Positions 9,241-18,591 are shown, counted from the first letter of the stretch. The stretch is DNA of 32,000 nt from an archaeon (GCA_035400625.1 DAOMZT010000001.1:1-32000); one strand, 5' to 3'. The notes: generated by a model from the letters alone, not told the origin. Made by a program: numbers and translations.

Positions 9241-12200
9241 TTATGACAAATTATTATTCATTGCAAAATTATCATAAGTTGCATAGCCACTTCTTGGAAC
9301 AACCACGAAAAATATTTTGTTTGTTGCATATGTTGAAAATAAAGGACTTAATTGTCCTTTATCGCCATTTTGCTGTAATATCATGTGTTCGCCATTTTCG
9401 TTTTTGCCAACATATAAAACAACATGAGGTGGTTGGCAATTTTTAAGTTTTTTGCTTGTGCCTTCTATGCCAATTACAACACCAGGCACTAACACATTAT
9501 CTATTGATTCAATATTATCTTTTCCTTTTTGCCAAACAATTCTGTTTCTTGTGCCGTAATTTTGACTTGTGCCTGTGTCATTATCACAAGCATTTCCTGA
9601 ATTGTAGTTTGCACCATATAACTTATTAGAAACTTCTGTAACAAAACTCGCACAATGATGTGGCACCATTGGTCCAACATCCACACACACAGAACCTAAA
9701 CCTTTCTCACTAAATGTACAACGTGCATAATCTTGTAATTTGTTTTCATGTTGGGTGTACATTCTCATTTGTAGTTCTTCAAGACTTGTGGAAACTTGGG
9801 TTGCATCTGTTTCGATTTTCTCTTCTATTATTTCTGACCAATCTTGAGATTGCACTTGAGGGGTATTTGCTTGTAATAGTTCTTCTTGGTGCTCAGAGGT
9901 TTGTATTTCTTTAATTTCTTTATTATCTGTATAATATATTGCTACATCATTACTTATTGCAGGTATTTCTTTTTCAATAATTACATCGTATTTATTTGCT
10001 TGTTTTATTACTGTTACTTTATACCACACATTCTTTTCAAATTCAGTGACTGGAATTCCAAGATATACTAGATTTGCCAATTGTCCATTCTCGTTTGATT
10101 GACGATTTAAATAATCTTGACCAGCTTGGTTTGATACTGCAACAATAATCATATCAATTGCAAACTTTCCAGCTCCTTTTAAGAATTTCTGAAGTTTAGT
10201 TGGTAATTTTAAAGATTTAATAGAGTCAACAGCATCATCCATACCTTTTACAATATCATCTGAAATGTCTACCATACCTGATCCACTAGCGCCCGCTTTA
10301 ACTTTTCTTAAATCATCAGCAGCATTAGTTAACTTCTGCCCTGCATCTTCTAAACCCAATTTTTGTTTATATAATGTCTCTAGTCTTTTCCTTTTAATTG
10401 CAGGAATTGCTATTCTGTTTTTTTCAAGAGCTACGATTTCTGCATTTATTTTTGTTAATTGCTTTCCAGCACTTGCTGCTGATTTTGTAGCTCTTGCTAT
10501 TGCATCATCTAATTGGTTTGTTGTCATTTTTGTTATTTCTGAGCTTTTGACCATGCCTGTTAAAGCAGAATTTGCAGAAGCAATATCTGTTTTGATTGTT
10601 GAAACATTTCTAATCTTGCCTTCTAAAGCACTATCAATAACAACATTTCCTGCACTATCTGGAGTTAATCCTCCTAGTCCTTTGCCTATATCATCTATTT
10701 GTGATTTTGCACTATTTAATGCGCTTTCATTTCTAACAAGTTCATCCCATTGTAGTTTTAATGCAGGATCTGTTGGAGGAACATTACCAAATGACTCCAT
10801 TTTAATTGTTGCGATTTCATCTAATTGAGATTGAATATTTGTACTAGTGCTTGATATTGATTTTTGCAAAGCTTGACTATCCGCAAGAGTCATTACTCTT
10901 GGACCACCACCTGAGCCAGAACTTATGTGCTTTAGTACTTTATCTATGTTGTCTAATTGTTTGTTTATGCTTCCAATTCCAGCGGAATCAATCCTTGTTG
11001 AAATACCACTGACATCTACTTGTCCGCCAACAATTGGTGCTCCATTAACTTGTAATATTAAATCATCGACCTCTGTTAAACGCGAAGATATTTGCTTTTC
11101 TTGATAAGTTAATATTCTTGATCTTTGTGTTTCTGCTACATTTTTTGGAGTACCAATTGCCTTTAGTTCGCTTTGAACTTCTCCTAGGCGTGTTTTTAAT
11201 TGATTACTTACTTCTGTTGCATCACTAATAAATCTTGTACGTTCAGCTTGTGTTATTGTTGTTGTAGTTATTGATGATCCCGAAGTTCTTAAGAAATCAT
11301 CAACATCTGCTTTAAAGCTTACTCCATTAGGTTTAAACTTACCATTAAGCGCTTTCTCATCAGGATAAGTTCTAGGATTTGCCCAAAACCCATCTTTTGC
11401 AGCTGCATTGAATCTTCCTGTACCGTAACTTGTGTTGTTTGCAATTATTTCACCAAATCTTTGTTGTTCTGCTTTTGTTAGTTTATAAAATCCTGATGTT
11501 AAATCTGAATTAGGTATACTTGCTTTAGTTGCACCTGTACTTAATGGATCAATACCAATCTTACGCAAAATTCTATTTAATTCCGTTTGTTCAGCTCTTG
11601 TTTTTGCATAGAACCAATATTGTGCATTTGGGTGCCTTGAAGTATATTCTATATATTTTATCAATTTTGCTTCGCTTTTTATAGGGGCAAAAGGAGTGCC
11701 TGTTGTTATTGTTTTTGGAGTTACATGGACTAATTTTTTGTCTAAAAACATAGTTGGTGTGCCACTGCCACCACCTGTTATGTTTATTGTATCTGGCAAA
11801 TCATCCATTATTCCCATTAATGGAGTTTCAAATTCTTCTATACTCATAGTATAATCAAATGGATCTACTTGACCTATGCCTTGTCTTGTAAGATCATGAA
11901 TACCAACTATGGTTTCAGCAGCCCCTGCATTCTCTGATAAATCTCCACTATAACCATCTTTGGCTAATTGCTGAGCCAAAGCATCTGCTTCTGCTTTACC
12001 ACTGCCTCCACCCATTATGGCATTTGCAACAGCACCCAACGCATTACCTACAAAGCCAAAGATTTTTTCAACAACCCTTGCAAGGTCTCCTACAACAGGT
12101 ATCTTATGAATAACATCCATAACTTTTTCTGTAATTCCTGTTTCATTACCATACATCGTTACTGTTGGAAGACCACAACCAATACCACAATTCCAAATCA

Positions 12201-15200
12201 AATCTTTCAATAATTTTGCATGACCAAAAATAGGAATAACTTTAGAAATTATATTAACACCTGATGTTAATGTTGCACAGCTTAACATACAACCAGTAAA
12301 ATATGTACCAGCTCTTTTTAACGCTCTTTTGTTTCTTGCGCTTTTCTCTGATTGGGTTTCTTTAAATTCACATTCTTTTGGCTTTACAAACATTGTGGCC
12401 TTGCCACCTAAACTATCATAATATTTCTTTAAGGCATCACAATATTCTTCTTTGTCATTTTTATTATATTCTTTATTCCATGAAACAAAAGCATATATTG
12501 ACTGCTCATTACTTTCTGCATCTCCTGAACTTAATTTACCAGATATGTTGTCTCCAATTCCTATTAGTTGCATTGGGGTTATACCATAATTTAATAAAGT
12601 AATATTAACATCTGCTTTTCTTTCTGAATTTAACTTTCCTATTTTGAATTTACTCTCTGCAGTTATTTTTACAGTCTTATCAGACCAATGTGCAACATCA
12701 CCAATGTCGCCTAAGAAACAAACATTAAAATCAGTTGGCTTGTCTTTTTCAAGAACTAAAGATAATTCATTAGTATAGTCTTTTCCCTGATAAATTAATT
12801 TAGTTCTTACCCCGATTACCTCTTCTGCTTTTATTTTCACTTGTTCATCAAGTGCAGAATTTGCAGTAAGGACAACACATTTCTCTAAAGGTGCTAATTG
12901 CAATTTATTGTTCTGTGCCTTTAAAGACAATGCACCATAATCTGCTGCTTCAAAAGATAATATCAACATATAGTTTTTATCTTTGGAGATACAGATATCT
13001 GCGGGAGTTCCATTGATTATGTCTTTTACATTTTCAGAAACTTGCTTAATAAATTCTTCTGAATATTTTGATTCCTCTCCTTCTTTGTTTATTGAAAATG
13101 TATCATTAACTATTAAATTTATCTTTTCTGGACGAGGGCTTGTAACTGCAACTGGATCATTAAAATATAGTTTTGCGATAGCATTTTCATTCTCTTTAAT
13201 TGTTCCAATTGAAACATCTAGTTGACTGAAATTTTTGACATTGTCTGTCCTTAACTGGAATCTTTCATCGCTATCAAACACTTGTTTTGCAATTGTTTTG
13301 CCAAACTTTTCATCACCACTAATCAATGTTAACCAAGTATTGCCCATATTTGATTTTTTGAAAAAAGTAGTGTCTTTTGGCAGGTACATTCTTACATTTT
13401 CTATACTTTTTGCACAAGGACCCGTCTTATTATAATCTATAGTTACATAGAAATATGCTTTTTCTGGTGCCAGAGTTTTTTGATCCTTTGTTGCAATCCT
13501 GCCATCTATTGTAATTTTATATCTTCCACAACCCTGCATTTTATTATCTACATGTATGATATTACCAATCATCTGCAAACCGCCAGAAGTTGGACCGACA
13601 TATTCTCTTATTTCATAGTTTTTAATGGTTGGATATTTTGCTACTTCTTTGGTGTTTTTTAAAACAATATCTAAGGTTCTTTGAGATAGTGAATCGTTCT
13701 GTAGATAGATAGGAATATTCTTAAATGGCTTTAATTGATCTGACTTTAACAAATCAGAAATCGCACAACCATTCTGTTGTGCAGTTGCAATAGAACAACT
13801 TGTTTGTGCAAGTTCATTATTTAGTTGTCTTGAAGCATCTATGACTACTTTATGTAATTCTTGTATTTTTTCTAATATAAGTTCTGCTGCACCCTCTGCA
13901 TCACAATAGCCATCATCTTTACAATCAGTAACAATCTTTGGCATTGGAATGTCCATTTTTTCATCAGTATCACAGATTTTTACAGCTATATCCTCGTCAA
14001 TTCTTTCTAAATCTGCTACTGTGTCCTCATCAGGTGCTTCTACTTCTGTTGAAATCCAAATAATTTCTGAAGTTACCATGCTTAATGCCGTTCCATTTAC
14101 TGGATAACCAATTAATGTAAATCTATTCTCTGTTCTAGGAGTAAAATACCTGGTTGGTTTTACTTTCAAATAGAAAGCAACTGTTTGACCAACACCAATA
14201 AACGGAACAGGAGTTGCAGGAACTAAAGCAACACCTGTGCCCTCGCCAAACACCATAGTAAAGTCATTAGGTGACTTGTATGGGTGTGGATCATAATCTA
14301 TGTATGCAATAGGCTCTGCACATTGGTTAGTGACTCTAATATACATTGGTTTTTCTTCTCCTATTTTTGTGTGGAAAGTAATTTTTTTCTGATCAACTTT
14401 TAAACAACTAGCTGATGAGATTCTAAAATCAACAGTAAATTTTGCAGTTATTGGGTCCTTTGTACCAGGGGAAATTGCAGAAACTTTATAATACATAGTT
14501 GCTGTTGTTGCATTACTTACTTTGCCTTCATAGATAACACTTACTTGTTTTGTTTGACCAGGCTTTATTTCCTCAAAAGTTAATGGCTCAATCTTATCTT
14601 GAATATTAGAAACATATTTCTCCTCTAGCCTTGATATCTGTATGTCTTTTAATGGATATTTTCCTGTATTTGTTATAGAAAAAATAGTTTTATTTGAGGC
14701 CATTATCTCTTCATTATATTGGCTCATTGAAACAACTGAAACTGGAGGAGTTATTTTTATAGTTTTTGAATAATCAACCAAATCAATATTTAATTTTGTG
14801 TTTGGTAAAGCATAATATGCATTTCTCCAAGCAATCTCAAAGGCATAGCTTTTTGTTGTTTTTCTGGCTTTGTTGTTTTTAATAGTTATTGTGTAATCTG
14901 TTATCTCTTCGTTTGGTTCTATTGTTACAGAAGGGAGAATAACTTCTAGGTTCTCATCTTTCTTTATTACCGTGCCTTTTGCTTTTAATAGCTCTGGAGT
15001 TATAGTTATTGCTTTTTTACAATTGTTGACTAATGTTGCGGTTATCTCATTTTCAGAACCCTCACTAATGCCAACATAACTATAGATCACAAGAGGTTTT
15101 ATATCTAAACAATTTTCTTGCACTTGCCCCTTATAAATATTAATTTCAATATCTTTTGCTACTTGCTTGTTTCCGACAAAACCAAATATTGTTAAAACAT

Positions 15201-18200
15201 ATTTTGCTGTTGTAAACTTAATTTTTGGATCAATTACAGAAACAACTTCTATTTCTGAAGGGGTTGTTGGGTTAAGTGCTACTGGCAAATGAGCTTCTAT
15301 AGTTAATTCAGCAACTTCATCAATTGGTGTAATCTTGTAGGTCAAATCTGTAATCTTTGCATTGCCTTTATTCACTAACTTTATAATCTCTATTTCTTGA
15401 CTAATTTCATTTCCAAAGTTTATTGAGATGCTATCAGGGCCAGAGATAATGCCTGTATCGGCAATCATTAGTTGTCTTGTGTATGGTGCATAGCCTGGAG
15501 CAGTAACTTCAAGATTTGGTCTTGTGCTAGAAAAATTTTGATTAATTATGTATTTCCCTGCCTTTGCTTTTTTAGTACTTGAAATTAGATCCCCAAACTC
15601 ATCTTCTAATTTTACTAATGCGTTGTTTATTGGGCTTTTGTTGTCTGCATCTTTTACTTCTACTGTTATTGGGGTGTTGTATGGCAAAACATCTAAAACA
15701 TTTACTTCTAAGTTTCTTTTATTCTTTATTTCAAAAGTTAATCTTTTTTCTGTAACTTTGGAGTTAAAGGTGGATCTTACATCAATGTGAGTTACGCCTG
15801 TGTTTTTTGCATTAAATAATAAATATTGTTTTTTATAAATTCCTGATTGTAATAAAACAGCCATAGAACTTAATTTTGTTTCTTGAGAATCCAATTTTGA
15901 ACTTGGAAACAAATCTGTGTCTTGATAGTTTATTAGGCCAATAATAGGATGACTTGCATCAGTTTCAGTATCAATTGCTAATTCTCCTGATTGAGTGGTA
16001 TAATAATTTAATTCTAATAAATACATCTCATCAACAGTTCCAAAAAAAGTTTCATTAGAATAGTCAAAGCCACCTTTGTCTAAAAACCTATATTCTACAC
16101 AAAGGTTGTCTGAACATTCAGCAGGAGTTTCAAGGACCTTGAATACTTTTTCCTTTGTTTCTGCATATAGGCCTTGTCTTGAAGAGATGTTTCTTGCGGT
16201 TCCTAATGTTGAGTCTTCTGGATCTCTATGGATTTTTCCTTCACTATCTTCACACCATGCCCTGTACTTTAAAAGCAAATCGCCAATCTCTGTTGCTTTA
16301 ACCTTTAACATTATTTGTTTGTTTGTTACTGACTCAGATGGCCAATATAACTCTAGCCATTTGTTTAAAATATTAGGAGAACCAACATTATCATAATCAA
16401 TGGACTGTTGTCCTTCACGATAGGTTGTAGAATATTTGAAATTTGTAGTGTCTGCCTTAAAGCCAGTTATACCATAAGTCATGTTTTCAGAATCATCTTC
16501 AGAATCATCTCCTGCTCTAAAATGCACTCCACATTTTTTTACATCTATTGGCAATTGCAAATCAAATACCAAATAATAATCATTGTCTTTACTTAATATG
16601 CTTGTTGATTTGTTTTGTAAATCCCTAATCTCTAAAAAAGAAACTATTGGATTAAGATCCTCAATCATTGGTTTTAAGCTTACTGATAAATTCTCCCCAT
16701 CCCCTACTACTCCAGAAGCAACAGTAACATTTCCTTCACCATCTATATATTCCACAATCAAATCCTTGTAGCCTTTGGTTAAAAATTTTGCTGGATTTTC
16801 AGAATCAATATAACCTTCATAAAGAATCTCTCCTGTTTTTGTTTTTACTGTTACATAACCATCAGTTACTGGGTTACCATAAATGTCTTTTAATTGCAAG
16901 GTTACTTCTTTTGATGCATCATTTATTATTAAGATTACCTTGTTATCTTTAAATTGATCAATAGTGATTTCTTGAGAAGCATTTGAATCTCCAGCAATGC
17001 CTACCACCTTATAGGTTTCATCTTTTTGTGTAAAGACATAAGCATAACCTGTTATGTCTACCTGTAATGGACCTAAGCCTATCGGCACATATTTGCCATT
17101 TAATAGTTTATAAATTAAGACATTTGCTGAAGAAAGTGGCATGTTTGCCCCATCATAAACATATATTGAAAGTTTGTAGGTTTCTGCAGAACCAAACTTA
17201 ACAAGCCTTACTTCTAAGTCATTACTAGTATCTATATTCGCAAAATATTGTGAACAAAGATAATCCTCTTTACATGCAGTAACAACATAATCTTTATTTT
17301 TATCAAGGCCTGTAAATGTAACTTCGCCATCAAGTAAGGTTGTTTTTTCAGAAATTAAATTCCCATTAAGATTATATAAAGAAACATCAGCATCACTTAC
17401 TGGGCCAGCCACACTTTCTACAACCATAACTCTTAAATCTGAACTGCCTTTTTTTAAGGTTGCTGTAAAAGTGTCTTCGCTTTTTTGTAATCTAAATGTT
17501 TTGTCCTCTTGGTCACTATCGTATGTTCTGTAATCTTTTTTTGTTACAACAAATCTTATTACAGAACCTGCTTTTTCTGTAAATGTGAATTTGCCTAGTT
17601 GGGTTATGCCATATGCTATTTTTTCGCCAGCAACATTATAGACTGTAACTTCACAATCATCTAATAAATCTCCAGTGTCTGATACTGCCAAGATTGTGCC
17701 CCTTGCATCAAGTCCTTCTAATTGAGCTGAACCCAAATCAAACTGTAATTCTATAGGTATTATTTCATCATTACTTGATATAGTTATAGATTGAGAAACT
17801 GTTTGGTAGCCATCAGCCTCAACAACTAATGAGATAGACTTACCTAATGGTGCATCTGTAAAACTAATTAAGTTTGAGCTTCCTGGTGTTGCTATTTGCT
17901 CTTCTGATTTTCCACTGACTGTATAGTTTAAAGTCGCTTTGTATTTTGAAATGGCTTTTTTTGTTTCTGAATCTGTTACTGTTAATTTGAAATTACCACG
18001 AGTCACATTTTCTGAAAATTTTATTATTATTGGTTCTCCTCTTGTAAACAGGTGACTTTTATCAAAATCTGCAAATCCTGATTTTGTGGCTATAATTGCA
18101 TAATCTGCTCCTGACTTAAGAGCAAGCCTTGCCTTATGACCATCACTTATTGTCCCACTAAATTTTGTCTTGTTTTTTAAATCATAAATCTTAACATCTA

Positions 18201-18591
18201 CATCTGATAATTTGTTTCCTGAAAAATCAGTTAGTGAAAACTCCACTGTTGTTTTTGATGCAAAGTTAATTATTAAGAGAATTATAATTGCTAAAATGAC
18301 AATTGTAAGACTAGCCACAACCACAAAAGCAGGAATTCCTTTTTCTTCTAAAAAGCTATTAACTTTATTTAGGTTTATTCCTTTTTTTGTTAGCCAATCA
18401 GAGAAAGAATAATATTTAGTTTCTAACCATTTATAGGCCTTGCCAAAAATGTTGTTTTCTTTTTGCTTGCCTATGTTTTCTTCTGAGAAATCTTCATCTA
18501 TTTCTGAATAATCATCAATTTCAGTATCATCCTCAAAATCTATTTCTTCTTTGGCTTTAGAGCCTCTAGGTTTTGATTTAGTTCTTGCCAT
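9241..18591 (-). CDS. Giant membrane-anchored surface protein, paralog B (3116 aa) with C-terminal NlpC/P60-CHAP-like domain
   Basis: ORF track. Architecture read from the translation, N- to C-terminus. (1) Basic then acidic cytoplasmic tail (res 1-50). (2) Conserved motif plus TM (res ~50-111). (3) Six ~85-aa beta-sandwich repeats with a carboxypeptidase-regulatory-like pattern (res ~115-640). (4) Many further Ig-like modules with recurring [IV]xNx[GC] strands (LVNKGNAKI, LVNNCKKAI, ITNTGKYPL, VTNQCAEPI). (5) A Cys-rich hydrophobic/Gly-zipper patch (res ~2091-2199). (6) A Ser/Ala/Gln-rich coiled-coil region (res ~2430-2800). (7) A papain-fold C-terminal domain. Confidence 0.95.
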   Translation of the reverse strand: MARTKSKPRGSKAKEEIDFEDDTEIDDYSEIDEDFSEENIGKQKENNIFGKAYKWLETKYYSFSDWLTKKGINLNKVNSFLEEKGIPAFVVVASLTIVILAIIILLIINFASKTTVEFSLTDFSGNKLSDVDVKIYDLKNKTKFSGTISDGHKARLALKSGADYAIIATKSGFADFDKSHLFTRGEPIIIKFSENVTRGNFKLTVTDSETKKAISKYKATLNYTVSGKSEEQIATPGSSNLISFTDAPLGKSISLVVEADGYQTVSQSITISSNDEIIPIELQFDLGSAQLEGLDARGTILAVSDTGDLLDDCEVTVYNVAGEKIAYGITQLGKFTFTEKAGSVIRFVVTKKDYRTYDSDQEDKTFRLQKSEDTFTATLKKGSSDLRVMVVESVAGPVSDADVSLYNLNGNLISEKTTLLDGEVTFTGLDKNKDYVVTACKEDYLCSQYFANIDTSNDLEVRLVKFGSAETYKLSIYVYDGANMPLSSANVLIYKLLNGKYVPIGLGPLQVDITGYAYVFTQKDETYKVVGIAGDSNASQEITIDQFKDNKVILIINDASKEVTLQLKDIYGNPVTDGYVTVKTKTGEILYEGYIDSENPAKFLTKGYKDLIVEYIDGEGNVTVASGVVGDGENLSVSLKPMIEDLNPIVSFLEIRDLQNKSTSILSKDNDYYLVFDLQLPIDVKKCGVHFRAGDDSEDDSENMTYGITGFKADTTNFKYSTTYREGQQSIDYDNVGSPNILNKWLELYWPSESVTNKQIMLKVKATEIGDLLLKYRAWCEDSEGKIHRDPEDSTLGTARNISSRQGLYAETKEKVFKVLETPAECSDNLCVEYRFLDKGGFDYSNETFFGTVDEMYLLELNYYTTQSGELAIDTETDASHPIIGLINYQDTDLFPSSKLDSQETKLSSMAVLLQSGIYKKQYLLFNAKNTGVTHIDVRSTFNSKVTEKRLTFEIKNKRNLEVNVLDVLPYNTPITVEVKDADNKSPINNALVKLEDEFGDLISSTKKAKAGKYIINQNFSSTRPNLEVTAPGYAPYTRQLMIADTGIISGPDSISINFGNEISQEIEIIKLVNKGNAKITDLTYKITPIDEVAELTIEAHLPVALNPTTPSEIEVVSVIDPKIKFTTAKYVLTIFGFVGNKQVAKDIEINIYKGQVQENCLDIKPLVIYSYVGISEGSENEITATLVNNCKKAITITPELLKAKGTVIKKDENLEVILPSVTIEPNEEITDYTITIKNNKARKTTKSYAFEIAWRNAYYALPNTKLNIDLVDYSKTIKITPPVSVVSMSQYNEEIMASNKTIFSITNTGKYPLKDIQISRLEEKYVSNIQDKIEPLTFEEIKPGQTKQVSVIYEGKVSNATTATMYYKVSAISPGTKDPITAKFTVDFRISSASCLKVDQKKITFHTKIGEEKPMYIRVTNQCAEPIAYIDYDPHPYKSPNDFTMVFGEGTGVALVPATPVPFIGVGQTVAFYLKVKPTRYFTPRTENRFTLIGYPVNGTALSMVTSEIIWISTEVEAPDEDTVADLERIDEDIAVKICDTDEKMDIPMPKIVTDCKDDGYCDAEGAAELILEKIQELHKVVIDASRQLNNELAQTSCSIATAQQNGCAISDLLKSDQLKPFKNIPIYLQNDSLSQRTLDIVLKNTKEVAKYPTIKNYEIREYVGPTSGGLQMIGNIIHVDNKMQGCGRYKITIDGRIATKDQKTLAPEKAYFYVTIDYNKTGPCAKSIENVRMYLPKDTTFFKKSNMGNTWLTLISGDEKFGKTIAKQVFDSDERFQLRTDNVKNFSQLDVSIGTIKENENAIAKLYFNDPVAVTSPRPEKINLIVNDTFSINKEGEESKYSEEFIKQVSENVKDIINGTPADICISKDKNYMLILSFEAADYGALSLKAQNNKLQLAPLEKCVVLTANSALDEQVKIKAEEVIGVRTKLIYQGKDYTNELSLVLEKDKPTDFNVCFLGDIGDVAHWSDKTVKITAESKFKIGKLNSERKADVNITLLNYGITPMQLIGIGDNISGKLSSGDAESNEQSIYAFVSWNKEYNKNDKEEYCDALKKYYDSLGGKATMFVKPKECEFKETQSEKSARNKRALKRAGTYFTGCMLSCATLTSGVNIISKVIPIFGHAKLLKDLIWNCGIGCGLPTVTMYGNETGITEKVMDVIHKIPVVGDLARVVEKIFGFVGNALGAVANAIMGGGSGKAEADALAQQLAKDGYSGDLSENAGAAETIVGIHDLTRQGIGQVDPFDYTMSIEEFETPLMGIMDDLPDTINITGGGSGTPTMFLDKKLVHVTPKTITTGTPFAPIKSEAKLIKYIEYTSRHPNAQYWFYAKTRAEQTELNRILRKIGIDPLSTGATKASIPNSDLTSGFYKLTKAEQQRFGEIIANNTSYGTGRFNAAAKDGFWANPRTYPDEKALNGKFKPNGVSFKADVDDFLRTSGSSITTTTITQAERTRFISDATEVSNQLKTRLGEVQSELKAIGTPKNVAETQRSRILTYQEKQISSRLTEVDDLILQVNGAPIVGGQVDVSGISTRIDSAGIGSINKQLDNIDKVLKHISSGSGGGPRVMTLADSQALQKSISSTSTNIQSQLDEIATIKMESFGNVPPTDPALKLQWDELVRNESALNSAKSQIDDIGKGLGGLTPDSAGNVVIDSALEGKIRNVSTIKTDIASANSALTGMVKSSEITKMTTNQLDDAIARATKSAASAGKQLTKINAEIVALEKNRIAIPAIKRKRLETLYKQKLGLEDAGQKLTNAADDLRKVKAGASGSGMVDISDDIVKGMDDAVDSIKSLKLPTKLQKFLKGAGKFAIDMIIVAVSNQAGQDYLNRQSNENGQLANLVYLGIPVTEFEKNVWYKVTVIKQANKYDVIIEKEIPAISNDVAIYYTDNKEIKEIQTSEHQEELLQANTPQVQSQDWSEIIEEKIETDATQVSTSLEELQMRMYTQHENKLQDYARCTFSEKGLGSVCVDVGPMVPHHCASFVTEVSNKLYGANYNSGNACDNDTGTSQNYGTRNRIVWQKGKDNIESIDNVLVPGVVIGIEGTSKKLKNCQPPHVVLYVGKNENGEHMILQQNGDKGQLSPLFSTYATNKIFFVVVPRSGYATYDNFAMNNNLS
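9244..9720 (-). other. C-terminal papain-fold NlpC/P60-CHAP-like hydrolase domain of giant B
   Basis: GPMVPHHCASFVTEVSNKLYG (Cys codon 9652..9654) lies upstream of LVPGVVIGIEGTSKKLKNCQPPHVVLYVGKNENGEHMILQQNG (His codon 9424..9426), with the His 76 residues after the Cys. Cys-then-His order, the xCxxFV context, the pGxxv...HVxxYxG strand, and a polar His/Gln 13-18 residues later fit the NlpC/P60-CHAP pattern. Confidence 0.6.
10425..10527 (-). repeat. Conserved nucleotide island shared with 454..556 (encodes MTTNQLDDAIARATKSAASAGKQLTKINAEIVALEKN)
   Basis: See 454..556: 75 of 103 bases identical, ungapped. Confidence 0.8.
11995..12320 (-). other. Internal hydrophobic, Cys- and Gly-rich patch of giant B (possible membrane-inserting hairpin)
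   Basis: RAGTYFTGCMLSCATLTSGVNIISKVIPIFGHAKLLKDLIWNCGIGCGLPTV...VVEKIFGFVGNALGAVANAIMGGGSG contains two hydrophobic segments about 20 residues long. The second is a GxxxG/A-type glycine zipper. There are five Cys within about 50 residues. Confidence 0.4.
16669..18249 (-). repeat. Six tandem, diverged ~85-aa prealbumin-fold (carboxypeptidase-regulatory-like) repeats (protein level)
   Basis: Repeats begin at TVEFSLTDFSGNKLSDVDVKIY, GNFKLTVTDSETKKAISKYKATL, RGTILAVSDTGDLLDDCEVTVY, DLRVMVVESVAGPVSDADVSLY, YKLSIYVYDGANMPLSSANVLIY and VTLQLKDIYGNPVTDGYVTVK. Each is followed by a ...G.f.f......Y.v.a.k.GY... pattern. No nucleotide-level repetition is visible. Confidence 0.6.
18259..18444 (-). other. 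N-terminal anchor module of giant B: conserved cytoplasmic motif plus single TM helix
   Basis: GKAYKWLETKYYSFSDWLTKKGINLNKVNSFLEEKGIPAF is followed by VVVASLTIVILAIIILLIINFA (about 18259..18330). Homologous to 7028..7225. Confidence 0.7.

Noticed and set aside
9241-12320. Giant B as a prophage tape-measure protein, or the locus as a prophage or tailocin
   Set aside because: I recognise no capsid, portal, terminase, baseplate, integrase or att-like repeats anywhere in the 32 kb. The protein has an N-terminal TM anchor and about 2000 aa of Ig-like repeats, which tape-measure proteins lack. The resemblance is kept only as an analogy for the C-terminal third.
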